Under the pieces are notes generated by a model that was given only the letters and a program-made list of their open reading frames with translations, did not search any database and was not told where the DNA came from. A stretch of DNA of 61,495 bases, counting the filler, from Sphacelaria rigidula (lineage: Eukaryota): assembly GCA_964200075.2 (NCBI GenBank). It is 7 parts of 7 records of this genome, joined end to end, with 100 filler letters (N's around TTAATTAATTAA, not from the genome) between each part and the next. Parts side by side here need not be neighbours in the genome. Positions count along the whole stretch, not along the records: positions 8,802 to 17,501 come from CAXNAA020010337.1; positions 17,602 to 26,300 come from CAXNAA020010338.1; 5 more parts are not named here. One strand, 5' to 3'. The number at the start of each line of letters is the position of its first letter. Within the stretch, counting starts at the first letter, position 1. The translations under genes and the position numbers were made by a program. Shown one piece after another: positions 10,958 to 23,740 of this stretch.

Positions 10958-13900
10958 AAAATGGTCGAAACAACAACATTTGTTTTCGAACAAAACCAGA
11001 GGTTGCCTCCATGCAAAACCAATAGAATCGGACTTCAACCATGGTGGCTTTAATATCAGCAACGTATATTTTTCTGTGAGAAAAGTCCGATGATTATCTT
11101 AGGTATTTTCTACTGTAGGGGCTGATCCCAAGCCGACAGAATATGTCCGCTGTCCTTTCTGAGCACATCTACGAGGAGGATTACCCTTCCACGGCTTGGT
11201 AATATGAACGCCGATGAACGTCACGACGGAGCGGTGGACGGAAATAACCAACAACCGCGCGGTAGGCCGCCGATTTCAGTCCCCGAATTGTTCACGTTGT
11301 CAGCATATGGCCTGGCCTATGTTGTGAACAATGCTACGCTGCGTTATGGGTCTTCCAATCATGGATACAACACGAATATTCGGGGATCACCACGGCGCTT
11401 GTTAACATTGCTAAGGCTTGGAGCGAGAAGGGTATCATTCCCGACGCCGCAGCACCTACACTGCTGTGTCCCGCCAGCAATCATTTCGGAACTCCGAGGA
11501 GTTTCCCAGAGGCTTTCATTCGGTACGCCAGAGATCGCTTCCAGGACAGCGGCGCAAACGGGGACAGAGAGGTAAGAATTTCTGTTCGAGAAAGAAGGCC
11601 AAGGTGAATACGTGAGGCGTTTATGTTTCACGAGCGCCGTTATTTGAAGTATATCGACTCTGGTTTGCCGAACCACCGAATCTCCAGCGTCGACTTGCGC
11701 GCAATATTTTTCTCGCGTTATCGATCCTGCTGCCGCAGCACTATCCGGTGGTGGGGGAGTGGTGGGGGCTTGTTCGCACAAAATAGGGAGTGAAGTCCTC
11801 GTTGAAGCAGAAACGGTTGGTCGAACAAGCGTTTCACTGATGAGCAACGCCTACTTATACTGGTTGCCTCCATCTAGAAACAGAGATAAGGTCATGACTG
11901 CGGCTGAGAATTTTCTCCTGATTTGCGTTTGGTCCCATGTTCCACCGCAACCCGCAGTTATTATCGTCAAATTACTCATGTCGCCAAGGGATGGAAGCAA
12001 CAACGGCACGTGTATCACTGACCATTGAAATATGCAAATGCTGCCTGTCATGTGTGCATCACCACTCAGGGGGGATCAAACGCCCGGGCACTGCTGACCT
12101 ACAACCGCAAAGTCACGGAACTTTTGAGAAGCAATGTCATAACATGGGAAGCAACCCTGAGGTGCACGATGGGGGTAAGTATTCCTCAGTGTAAATGATT
12201 GCGAGTCCGAACTTCATTATGTCGTGCTTTGTACACAGTTTGCGAAAATGTGACCACATGCAACACAGGGAGGCGGGAACGACGACAGTAAGAGACGCGA
12301 TGATGCTGTCATGCCGGAATGTGTGAGGAAAAAACTTTATACTGGCCCCAAAGGACAAATGGCACCGTTCAGGGCGCGGTGGTGGCATTGACTCGGGTCC
12401 ATTTGTTTCACGCGCGGTCCTACTGTGTCGTCAATACAGGATAGCGAGAGTTTCGGACGTCCGCCTAAGTCATTTATGGAGGGCAAGCCATGCCTCATTT
12501 CCATCCAAGGCCAAACAAGGAGCGCATTATTCATGATGGTATACAGCGCGGATCTGAACCTCCCGCTACACTGTACTGGCGTTCTTGAGGGAGCGCCACC
12601 GCCCAGCACTGAAGGTGCGAAACTATGATGAAGAAGTAGTACACCACTAGCTACCGCTAGTACTTCCTCTGTGTTTGTGGCAAATACTGGAAACCATAAC
12701 AATAGCCCCCCATCCCGGGTAAGTTGCTGCATGTCAGAAGGAGATTCAAAACCAGTACACATCTGTTTTTGGTCGAGAAAAGTGGCTGATCGGGATGACG
12801 GCGGCAGTACAAAGATAAACAGAGACAACATGGATGGTTGTACGTAATGAATAAGCACCCGCATTTAGCTTACACCGGGCGGACTATGGGTACGGGCGGT
12901 CAGAGCCCATACATAGAGCTTCATGAACGTTATCGTGGGTGCTTGTACGGTCGCCGCCACCCATTCATGTTCATCTCGCGAAAACAGAGTTGGAAGCATT
13001 GCGAGAGGCGATGAACGCTACCTCAGGAGACCAGCACCCGGGGATTCCGTGAGGGTATATAATTCTATGTCCCACGAGAGAGCGAGATCGGTAGGGCATG
13101 AGCAACATGCTGCGGAGGAACGGTCAAAGGCGAGTGGGAGAAAGAGACGTGTATGTTGAGAAATGAAGTTGCACCGGAAATCGGATATGTCCACGGAACA
13201 ACAAATTACGTTGTGTAATTTACACGTGTGTTGGTTTCCCCAGCCGTAAATTCTTTTTTGAGTGTGATATTGTACAGATAGATTTTTAATGGACGTAATG
13301 CTGTTGAAATGTTTCCCTCTGCGTTAGAGGAGTGTCGTGTCCTCGCGCCACAAGTAACGTGATCATACTGTACGTACGCATCAGGCCACGATTTGGTATG
13401 TCCCAAAGCACGCAGGCAACAGAACGGGCGCTTTGTGACGACGAAGCCAGAGACTAACGTCATCGCAATAACAGCAAATACCACGTCTATGCCATCAGCC
13501 ATAGCATTCCGACTGGTGAAGATCCTCCGACATCCGCCCAGATTTCTCAGATTCGAATCTCCCAATCTAAGATGCGGTGGGGCATATGATCAGCCGTACC
13601 TATGACGTCGGTCAATCCTAACAGTGGCATCAACCGTTGTCCGCAATACAAGGGATCCCAAGGAGTACCTCATATTTTCGATCGGTTTTCAAAACCGACG
13701 ATCGACGATTGTCGTGCTGCATATCCGTTTCGAAGAAGGGTTAATATCTATGACATACAAAGGCCGATTCGCTTAATCATCTTCCCGTGAACAAACATGA
13801 AAATCGGCAAACCCTAACAGACATATTTACATACACTACATTTTCACAAAACATACGCACCGTCCTACTCTCACACCGCCGAACAGACACGCGATGTGGA

Positions 13901-14742
13901 GTACTAGAGTCGATTTGGGAAAACCGTGCCCCGATGAGCGATATACAACATAACTGGCCTCATGGCGGAATACAACGTAACCCTAAAAAACAGTTGTTGT
14001 TGTGTACCCATTCCCCTACCGGCATCATATTAAAAGTTCCAATTATCCAGAAACATAACACCATCATATCTTACTCGAAATGACCTGATAAATTTCGAGA
14101 TACAAACGCAGACGCAGGCTATACATTGTAGCCCACTTGTAACGTTAATCATATCTCCTTGTAAAAGGATGGAGAATCCGTTGGCCGAATATACGATCTC
14201 TGAGAGTGGTCCGATGAATAATATCATCATTAGATAGCCAAGCGATTCCGATATGTAGGAAACGATATCCCTATCAACGCACAGGATGGTGACCACGTCC
14301 TTCAACATTCACATGCACCTCTTCCGCTCATTTCTCATTGCCATCCGATAAACGTACATTGGATCGAAGTAGTCAGTTTCGGAAATCGACCCACGACATT
14401 CTCAACCCTCACAATGCCGTGATGTGATATCTTGAAAGCCGCATACGCAAATACCTACACAGAACGTTGCCGAGATACAATCATCCCGCTAACGGAGATC
14501 GTCTCGCCTCTCCGATGTCTGGAGCGAGGCCATCATAATGCATGTCTGTCGTGTGTCTTTCGTAATTGTATGTATGTCGCTTGTGTTCAATGTTAGAACC
14601 AGTGATAATAAGACCATCGGTAGGAGTGGGATGCTATTGTGCACAAGAGTTGTTGGTGTTTAGTGTGCAGCCAACCTCATGCTATATCGGCAACATGGAC
14701 CGTGCGGGATACATCTTCTCCATTTTTTGTCTTCGATAACAG

Positions 14743-15126
14743 AAGCCCTGCATGAGTTCAGCCATTGGGGTCCTTGTCCTCATCATCCGACAAGCGTGTC
14801 ACAGAGAAGAAGTCAGCACACCGGCACAGTTGACTGAAATATTGGGCAGTAATTGGGAGGACAACCTCTGGAAGGAAGACGGAAAGAAGAGAGGTGGGGA
14901 GAAAGACGCGAACGAGCCATGGAAGAAGCTCCTCGATTACGTGAAGGGATGTGTGATGAAATTCATCTTCACACCCCCAGGCGGGGCGCCGTTGAAGAAC
15001 GAACCGCCTTACCTCGGGTCGCTGGTGACGCTCGTGTTCTCCGTGGCACTTCACGACCGAGACTGGCCATTGCAAGACGTGGTCCTCAATCGCCTCGCAT
15101 TCGAGGAGGAGGAAGGGATCAAACCG
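14743..15126 (+). CDS. Orphan multi-exon gene, exon A
   Basis: Pyrimidine tract plus acceptor ataacag/ at 14742; open frame; donor CCG/GTGAGC at 15127 (phase 0); C/G-ending codons are common. Confidence 0.65.
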
Positions 15127-15425
15127 GTGAGCGCCGCCTGTGCGACATTGAGTGGATTATATAGTGGACCATGCTCCCATGATAGTTTTGGTGTCCAAAT
15201 AAATTATAGTCTCCCTTCTGCTCGGGTCGGCTTACACGCCCCTATTTCATGTCACACCCAGGACGACATCGCTTGTTCAGATCACAGCTGTGTGATGTTA
15301 TGCTCGCTGCCTGTGCCTATAAATGAACGTGAGCCCCATTGCACATGATCTGCGTGATTAACCCAGCCATGTACCCATCTGGTGTCATCTCGCCGATTTT
15401 GCCTCATACGCGTCGTGTTCGACAG

Positions 15426-16027
15426 CCGATGCAGGGGCCGTCGCTGGGGAATCTCCAAGCCTGCTCTTCCTTATTTGGTCTCGACAAACGCTGTTTGACT
15501 GATGGTCACCTGCACAAGCTTGTCCGGGAGAATGGCATCAACCAAGCGGTGATGACCTACTGTCAGGTATTGAAGCCGTTGCATCTCGCGCACGATGTTG
15601 CATCGACCTTCATCAGCGGAGCACACATGGACAGAGGTCATCATAGTCAACTCGACGAGACCGGCCGTATTTTGAGGGTGAGTCTGCGGATGGCGACTGA
15701 CGATAAGGAAGATGGCGACAAAATAGCCACGTTGCGGTGGCAGCAACTTCAGTTTGATTTTGCTACGGTATCCGCAACGTGGATTAATGAGCAGGAAAGC
15801 CGTAAGGCGATACAGTCATACACGTTCACGGCTACGAACCCCAACACGTCGGCCGGGGCGAAGGGAGCAACCGGGAACGTCTTCGATTGGCTGGACGCCG
15901 CATATCACCGGGTGTTCAAGGACGCACTCAGCGGGGCGAAGTTCACAACTTTGACGAAAGCCCAGGGACGGATTCAGAAGAAGAAACCGCGTCACAGCAA
16001 CCAGAATTCGTTCACTATGGGAATGAG
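15426..16027 (+). CDS. Orphan multi-exon gene, exon B
   Basis: Acceptor ttcgacag/ in phase 0, in frame with exon A; putative GC donor AG/GCAAGT at 16028 (or read-through to 16098). Confidence 0.65.
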
Positions 16028-16075
16028 GCAAGTGCCCCACGTGTCTGCGTGGGCGCACCCATACATTTTCGACAG

Positions 16076-16098
16076 GTTCACCATCTACGAATTCGTGG
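16076..16098 (+). CDS. Orphan multi-exon gene, putative micro-exon C
   Basis: ttttcgacag/ acceptor and G/GTGCAT donor; phase 1, compatible with exon D. Confidence 0.4.
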
Positions 16099-16623
16099 GT
16101 GCATGAATTGTTCGCAACAGCGACCGGTTTACATAATATGCAGATAATGTGAAACCTAAACAATATATTAGCAGCGACGTCAGTATATCCGACGCAGACA
16201 TCGAATGGGTGCACTCCCAGTCAAACGGGGAACGAATGTCTTGCAATAACGAAGACATATGAGACTCGGTTTCTGAAACCGACCCGCATGCATCATTCAA
16301 ATCGTAAAACAAAATGTTTTATGCATCATTCAAACTCCGATAGGTGTACGCTTACCGGCATGCCATTTGGGAATTCGTTCGTCCCTGCATGTGATGTCCA
16401 TAGTCAACTTGCGATGCATGACTTACTTTATCTGCGGAGCAGTATACCGGCGGATTAAGTGGGATGTAAAGGCTACCATCGACAACTCAGTCCCACAAGC
16501 CTCAGGAGCAAGAATGACATATAACTGGCAATCACCCATCCCCATAGACATCGCAGATATTATCTCCGTTTTCAAGTTGAGGTTCATGCAGCCACTGTTT
16601 GATATATCCATACCTTGGAGCAG

Positions 16624-16983
16624 ATGACGGATACACCACAAGGAGCCAAGGACACGACGAAGGCGGCGACCGGACGGAAGCTCGTCGTCATCTATACCTT
16701 TCTGGGGATGCTGCGCAGCATCTTGCGGAAGGGTCTACGGATGTATGCGACGATTTTAGAGCCGTAGTAAATATCCTCAAGTGTGAGGATGATGCCCTGG
16801 AGTTCAACAAGCTGTTGGTGAGTGATCTTCCCAAACACCAGGTATATGACGGTGGCCCACATTTCCTGACTGAGACGGAGAGGAAGTACATCAAAGGTGT
16901 AATATTCCCTGGTGGCATCAGCGACGCAGTGGCCACGAAGGCGGATGCTGCTCCCACCACCGAACGAGCAGCCACCCTACCCG
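16624..16983 (+). CDS. Orphan multi-exon gene, exon D
   Basis: ggagcag/ acceptor in phase 1; 120 open codons; donor G/GTGAGT at 16984. Confidence 0.6.
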
Positions 16984-17501
16984 GTGAGTTCTTTCAGCCC
17001 CTCGATAAAATATAATTATTCCAGATGTGTACATGTGTTCGCGGGTGACACGCGGGGCCGACGTTTCAGTAAGAAGCGCGACAGATAGTTTGCGTTCATA
17101 ATTTACGTGGTGCACGGCGTATTGCACTATATATGGTCACATAGTGGTGATGAGCATCATGGACTGCCATGCTCACTTCACGTCCCAGGATCGGATGGGA
17201 GGTGGTCATCTACTCACTCGTTATTCGATACGTTCATCATTCCATCACTACTCGCAAATTTTTGTGCATCACGCACAATTGTAGACCGACTGTCGCTTTC
17301 TGAAACCGGGAGAGAGGATGCTCGATACCCACGGATCTCATCAGCTGTTGGATAAACGGGGGATGTTCATACACACAACGCGGAGTCATAAGATGTCCTC
17401 ATCGGTTATACTCTCTCATCGCGGTAGGTGAATCTTGTTACATGCCAGAGTCATCCTACGATAGGGGGGGGGAGGGGTATTTGGTTGCACGAAAAACGAG
17501 G

Positions 17502-17601
17502 NNNNNNNNNNNNNNNNNNNNNNNNNNNNNNNNNNNNNNNNNNNNTTAATTAATTAANNNNNNNNNNNNNNNNNNNNNNNNNNNNNNNNNNNNNNNNNNN
17601 N
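17502..17601. other. Assembly spacer
   Basis: N-run with TTAATTAATTAA core. Confidence 0.99.
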
Positions 17602-17990
17602 GGCTAGCATTCTCAAGTAGTAGTGAAGAACGGTACTGCAGAAAAAATCAGAAAAAAGGATGACCACGAATTCTGAAAACTTCTGACGCTAACTACTATA
17701 TAGAGGAACGCGAAAGTCATCGGGTGCTAGAGGAATGCCACCTCCCAGACTGGCCCAGCTCTCATCGATACATCCATCACGCTCATGGATGACATCACTA
17801 TTGAGGATTTGAGGCACAACATGAGCACAAAGAAGGCCAAACGTGACAACACCTGAGCAAATCCTGTACGATCGTGTCACTGCGACCGCGGCCACTGTCG
17901 GCAGTCTCACGGTAAGAATCTCGCGGCACTACATGCTAGACTATTGAATTGACAATGCGCAACAGGAACTTCAGAGACGTTCACACTCAC

Positions 17991-18089
17991 CATGCTCAGG
18001 AGCTTCTTAGGCACGGGAGCGGCGACCAGGCCGGTACCACGGGGGGCCGGGATCAGACGCACGCGTACGGACCCGCACTTTCCGGTCAC
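17991..18089 (-). CDS. RPS2: 40S ribosomal protein uS5/S2, coding exon 5 (further exons lie beyond the contig end)
   Basis: [33 protein letters not shown]; gcag/ acceptor and /GTGAGT donor. Confidence 0.96.
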
Positions 18090-18879
18090 CTGCACCATTA
18101 GTCACGACGGACATAAACCAGGGACAAACGTGAGTCCAAGTTGTGACATCAAAGCGCAACAGGCTTGTTTCACGTGTTCTACTCTGCCTTCTACGACACC
18201 TACTCAACTGTCGCATGCATGGTATCAGAGCTCACCGCCGCGTACGAGCGAAGGGGATAAGAGAGCTGCAATTTTGTCGAAGGTGAAAGTCGTGGTGCTT
18301 CAGGGCGCGAAAAACGCGAAGAGATACTCTGATCCATCAACGGCCTTGAAAAATGTTACTAGTTTCGAGATGGGATAACCCAACCCAACTTCTGCATCGT
18401 CTCCACATGCCTCACATAATAGTGAGAGCCATCGGTTCGGGGAACCTAACGCGAAAAGCGAATATGATAGTGGTGTCAATGGGATCGATTTGTGCCAAAA
18501 AACAGAGTTTTGGTGTAGGTTTTGTCATCTCCGGACTTCCACGTATCATACGCACCAAGGATTCAGAGAGCGTTCCGACAATTCTCCCTGTATCTGGTGT
18601 ACTAAAAGCCTCGAACGCCCCCGACACGGCACTATTCATATGTTGGGAGTTTCGTTACGCTTTCAACGGCTGAAGTGGAAAGCGCATGAAGACCGATTGA
18701 CGACCGGTACAAGATACTACATAGTCGAAGGAACATCCGTTCAAAATGTCGTTGCGTAACCGCTAAAATTTGTTTTGAAATCAATGCCATCAACACCCAT
18801 GAATTACAGCAGTAGCATCCAAAGTACTAATATCTCGATAATTTTTCTCGGCGTACACCTAGGGCCGACGCTCATCAAA

Positions 18880-19145
18880 GTAGAGTGGCACGTCCACTGC
18901 ACCAGGTTGATAGATTTCAAGAGGATTCAACTCCCACACCATGGGCTCCGAACGCTCGAGGCGCCTCTCATGTGACGGGTCACATGGCGGTGTACCCAAG
19001 CTTCCGGGTACTTGAGACACGAGCCCGTTCGCGGGGTTAGTATTGGGTGGGGTTCCCTTTTTCCTCCGAGGAACAGAAAAAAACGGAACCGCACACAAAT
19101 GCCGGGAACATTTTGCCGCGACAAGTGTCCCGATGCAGGGGTGCA
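18880..19145 (-). mobile_element. Structured fragment, probably the 5' region of an RTE-type LINE, in RPS2 intron 4
   Basis: Nested stems (gtaccc/gggtac, catgtga/tcacatg, cgaacg/cgttcg). The motif aaatgttcccggcatttg...gggaaccccac..ccccgcgaa resembles brown-algal RTE 5' regions as I recall them (unverified). Confidence 0.45.
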
Positions 19146-19173
19146 CTTGTGTTCTTTTCCTCAGGAAACACAC

Positions 19174-19284
19174 CTTGTTGGGAACCGTGTGGGGTAGACC
19201 GTTCCTACGGCCCCAGTATCCACGGCGTACGGGCACGACCGACATCTTGGCAATGATGATAGCGCCGCGGATGGCCGTGGCCAC
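19174..19284 (-). CDS. RPS2: 40S ribosomal protein uS5/S2, coding exon 4
   Basis: [37 protein letters not shown]; 111 nt, canonical splice sites. Confidence 0.96.
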
Positions 19285-19919
19285 CTGCAAATACGAACAC
19301 GGGGACGGCAGTGGTGGCAGATACAAGGAAAAATGGAACTCAGAAGAGCAGGCATGCATCATCTCAGCGAAAACAAGCTACACAGGCACCCTTTGGTGAC
19401 CTCCACACCCAAATCCTGCTAACACACCCACACCAAGAGCTAAAGACCAACACAAAAAAACACGCGCAACGTGAGCGTCATGCGGCTTGCTTTAAGGGTG
19501 AAATATGCTCAACAAGTCGCGAAGGCAACAATTGCTGAACGCCACGACCCAAACATTCATGTACATACACCCACATCGAGCGCCCAAGGCATCGCGGAAA
19601 ACCACGTGCAAGCGAAAATACCACAGCGTTATCTATAAAAATAGTCAACCATTCCCTGACCTTGGATATGAGCTGTGTGTGCGGTGTACTAGTATGCTTT
19701 CATTCCTTCAACATTCCTCTACCCCCCTCACGCGTCTTTTCTCGAGACAAGTGCGTTGTCGCAGGCAAGTAACGGTAAATCTCTGAGCAAATAATCATGG
19801 AGCACTGATTGCATCGGCACTCATGCACCCCCTCCACTTCAAAGCAAATGCATCAACCATGAGTACAAAAAAAAGGCGAAACTGAAACCCACGAAAACTT
19901 GATCCAGTGCAAGACGTAC

Positions 19920-20089
19920 CTCCTTCGCGCACTTGACACCGAGGCCAACGTGACCAGCCTCGTCGCCCACGGCTACAAACGCTTTGAACCTGGTGATCTG
20001 ACCGGCGGCCGACACCTTCTGAACGGGCATGATTTTCATCACCTCGTCCTTCAGCTTTGACCCCAGGAAGAAGTCCACGATCTGGTACT
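19920..20089 (-). CDS. RPS2: 40S ribosomal protein uS5/S2, coding exon 3
   Basis: [57 protein letters not shown]; tttcag/ and /GTACGT. Confidence 0.97.
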
Positions 20090-20189
20090 CTGAAACATAT
20101 TCATCGTTTGTAAAAATGAGCAAGTTTTCAAAGGTTAGTCCGTGGGCACCATGAGGGTGTTTCCGACATGTTGACCTACTCAAGATCCT

Positions 20190-20365
20190 TGCGAGGCGAG
20201 GGAGCACGGACTGCTCGGTCGTTGGGTCCCAACATGGCGAGGACGAATCCAGGTTCAACAATCGACAGGTTTCTCAAGCTGGCTGGTATTCCTCGGCTGG
20301 GATGGCTGAATAAGCTGCCCGTTCCACCTCCGAGTCACTGGTGGTTTGCCACCTCTGTACGTGAG
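20190..20365 (+). mobile_element. Probable RTE-type LINE N-terminal fragment in RPS2 intron 2 (antisense to the gene)
   Basis: [28 protein letters not shown] resembles the N-terminal segment of Ectocarpus-type RTE ORFs (from recall); G-U pairs favour plus-strand folding. Confidence 0.5.
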
Positions 20366-21007
20366 TAACAATTTTCGGTTTGCCCTCATAATTATTTTTT
20401 CTTCTGCACAGATTACTTGCAAGTGTCGTTGCTCGCTTCCGTAGGTTATACTTCAACACAAATTTCAGTAGCTTTCAGAGCCAGGTGGCGTACTTTTCTC
20501 AGAGGAAGAGGCCGTCAACCAGCCTGGGGTAAGACGTGGGTGCAGCTCCGCCGTGTCGCATTCCGAGGTAACGCCGACAGGTGAACGTTACGGCGTTACG
20601 ACTTCAACGTCGCTATTAGCTGGGTTGCCAACCGATCACTTTCAACTCACAAATATCCGGGAGTTGGACGTGACAACAGTCGACAACTTCAAGGAACCCA
20701 GGATCAACTGCTCTGCTCGGAGCAAAAGCAACGTGCAACTCCTAGTTCGAGTTTCGTTTTGAGGCGCAGTTGTAAAACTCCCAGTAAACTTCACTACAAA
20801 GGTCATACTTCGAGCAGGGCGGTGTAGCTTTGACGCACACATATGCAAAATACACACGCAGATTAGAACAGGAAAACCAGCTGAATCAGGCGGCATTTTT
20901 AAAACCCCAGCACTCATCAAACGACCAAAGCGATCGCGACGCGGAAGCTCCTCGCATAGAAAGGTCCTCGCTTCCATCCAGAGAGATATGTGTGCTCAAG
21001 TACGCAC

Positions 21008-21184
21008 CCTTGATGGCCATGGAGAAGAGGTAGATGTCCTCGAGAGACTTGATCTTGTTCTCCTTCACCAGACGGCCGAGCTTGGTAATGGGCACCCACT
21101 CCTTGTCGTCATCCCTCGGGCGACCGCGTCCACGTCCACGCCCGCGCCCACGGTCACCGCGTCCACGGCCGAAGCCGCCACGGC
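21008..21184 (-). CDS. RPS2: 40S ribosomal protein uS5/S2, coding exon 2 (RG-rich region)
   Basis: [59 protein letters not shown]; phase 1 at both ends. Confidence 0.97.
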
Positions 21185-21945
21185 CTGCGACAAATGAAAA
21201 ATCGACACAATAAAAAGAAGAGAGTGAGCACCAGGTGCCTTCCTCGTCAGCTGCTTTCTCACGCCGGCATCGGGTGATTGCGCCTTCGGGGACCAAGCAA
21301 GTGCCGTACGCACATCCCGTCTTTTGTTGGGGGGGTCGTTACTGGAGCTGGCAGGAGCTCAAGAAAAACAGCGGTTCGGCCATGTGCCACGAGGTGGCTG
21401 CTTGTGTTCATTCATCTCCAGATATTTCGTAATCCTTGTTCGATGTGAGAAAAAGGACGCCTCGACGTAAACCAGGTGAATCATGCTTGCTAGGCAATTG
21501 CCGCGTACTCGTACAAGTTCTTGCCCTCTGCAGCGAAAATTTGCACACAACCAGCCGCTGCTCTGCAAACGCGTATGCATGTCCATTGTTACGCGTGAGC
21601 GGCAACGCTAGCCGGATACGAAGGCGCACAGGGAGCAAGAAATCCAGCTCGCTGTGAGGGCTCCGCACATAAACACAAGCTGATCTGGAAAAAAAACACC
21701 TCGGCTACACGACCGTATTGGCTCGATTCAATCCCTTTGATGGAAAAACAAAGTACACGATACTGTTTCCGTGTCTGGAGGCCCTGCTGGGTTGTTCTCA
21801 ACAATATCGCCATTCTCCACATGACAGCTAGCACTCGTAACAGGCGGCGGGCGCTTGAAGACAGTCACCCCCACTCGGAAACTCTTGATCATTTAGTGAA
21901 TACTAAAAAAACGTTGCGAAGTTGACAAAGACGTTTCGGGAATTG

Positions 21946-22300
21946 TGTGTGTGTGTGTGTGTGTGTGTTGTCGTCCCGTTTATTCTGGGCACCAGTCTAC
22001 ATCTTCCGATGTTTGTGGGTGCATCAGCCGGGGTCACACAGGAGCTTTTTCTTTTATATTTGTTTTCAATACCCCACCTTCCTTTTGCGGTGCATGCCTT
22101 TTGATTTTCATTGCTAGAGGGGTTCAGTAGTTCCTTTTCCTCGTCGACCGTCAAGTCTAATTTTGTGTACCCACGACGGAGTCGCTCTCCACCGTTAAGC
22201 ATGGTGTGAGAAAAGTTTCCAGATCGCTCCGGGAATCGAGCCCCCCTACTCTCAACCATCAGAAGGTTACGAGGTTACCAACTGAGCCACCGGGGGGACC
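21946..22300 (-). mobile_element. Full-length tRNA-derived SINE with (CA)n tail in RPS2 intron 1
   Basis: Minus-strand A box TGGCTCAGTTGG (22278-22289) and B box GGCTCGATTCC (22232-22242); (TG)n at ~21944-21967; flanking direct repeat GGAATTG at 21939-21945 and 22301-22307; 3' half homologous to 34797-34955. Confidence 0.85.
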
Positions 22301-23740
22301 GGAATTGATGTGTGGTATTTCGCTCCGCAGAGTTGCAGTTCTTTCGTTTGTCGAACAGGTTGTCATGAGAGAGTCATGACGTGACAGCGCGGGGCTAAAC
22401 TTGCCCGCAGATCAAATAGTGAGCTGTTCCCCTTGAGGCGTCGAATAATTCACGCGGAACTCAATACGAGCTGTGACAGCCGTAAAACGTGTAAACGCAC
22501 CTCACCCGATGATTTTTCTTAAGTCAACCCGACTTCAGCAGTTCACTGTGAACTGCAGACTAAGCTCGTTGTTGCAAATATGGGAGATGACTGAACCGGA
22601 TTTTGCGAAAAAAAATACTAGCGGGATTCAAATTCATGATCGTCACCTGCTGCCACTTGGGTTACAGCCGCTTAGCCATACTCTCCGTATCACACAAAAA
22701 GTGATACTGGGCCCAATATCATGGGGTTTTGGTCGAAATTCAACCAGGATCTCCTGCATATAAGCACCCACGACGTTTCTGGGGGTGCCACACTTTGCCA
22801 GGTTTTGCTTGGATTTTCAAATCTCCTTTACCCCCTGTGTTTCTTCTGTTCGGCACCGAACTAGTGTTGTACGGATTGATATGAAAACGTCATGTCAAAA
22901 TTTCGGCGTTGAAATGTTGAGGAGTTCGGCGTTGAAATGTAAGGGAATGCTTTCCTACATTTGACTCATCCCTAGTTTCGGTCCGGTTCGGTCTGGTCCG
23001 GTTGAAATCCAAACCCAATACAGTAGCCCACAAGGACGCAATCCGACAGCTGGGGTTCTACACATGTTGTACCACCGTACCTCTTATCGTCAATAACTCC
23101 ACCCCATTCCGGAGATGCACCATCGCACATTTTCCCAGTATTGCAATGTATAACCTTTTCTACTGGAGGAGGCACGAGGTGCGTAACGGCCACTGTTGCA
23201 CTGGCTGTCCTCGCAGCTGATTCAATATACTGTGAAGCGGTACGCGCGTGTGCAGCACGCTGTACTGAGAGTACGGCGTGGATTGTTCTCATCTCGAGTG
23301 CGCTTTTCATCGCCAGGAATTTCGTGAACACCCATATCTCGTCCAAGGGTGTGTTGTCGCAGCATGTGCTTCTAGGTTTTGGTGTACCTTCCGAGGCCGT
23401 GGGGACGCGGCTTGCGGTTCCCTGCGGCTTAGCGGCCCCTCATACAGACACAATCGGGTGAACCTACAGCAGCCACCAAAAGGGTTCGCTGACCAGGTTC
23501 GATTTTCCGAGAGACACCACCACCCACCAAGTAGGGTAACTGATGCGAAACATCGCGCTTGTCTGCACTAATCCACCACCATTTCATGATACCCGAGTAT
23601 CTCCATATGTGTTCCTCCTTTGCGATGCTTTCATTCCTCACCAACGCGGACAACCTCGACGTTGATACGCGCACAACTTGATTTCGTGGCCTGCGGAGGC
23701 TGGTTCGAGAATTCAGGCTCAACAACAAAGAAGAGCTTAC

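Noticed and set aside
18843..18880. Hammerhead-like TGATGAG...GAAA on the minus strand
   Set aside because: The core deviates (no C3, extra bases before GAAA) and stems I and III are missing.
19339..19368. CTGA-ATGATG-CTGA as a D'/C'/D arrangement in RPS2 intron 3
   Set aside because: No box C at a suitable distance and no recognisable guide complementarity.
20150..20375. Two-domain structured RNA with ACA trinucleotides, as a possible H/ACA snoRNA in an RPS2 intron
   Set aside because: No ANANNA hinge, non-canonical pocket spacing, G-U pairs favour the antisense strand, and the translation resembles a LINE N-terminus.
20886..20920. TTGATGA...CTGA as a C/D snoRNA in RPS2 intron 2
   Set aside because: Boxes only ~35 nt apart, no upstream C box or terminal stem, and no recognisable rRNA guide.
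22225..22300. tRNA gene
   Set aside because: A and B boxes are present but there is no acceptor stem or cloverleaf; it continues into a SINE body and tail.
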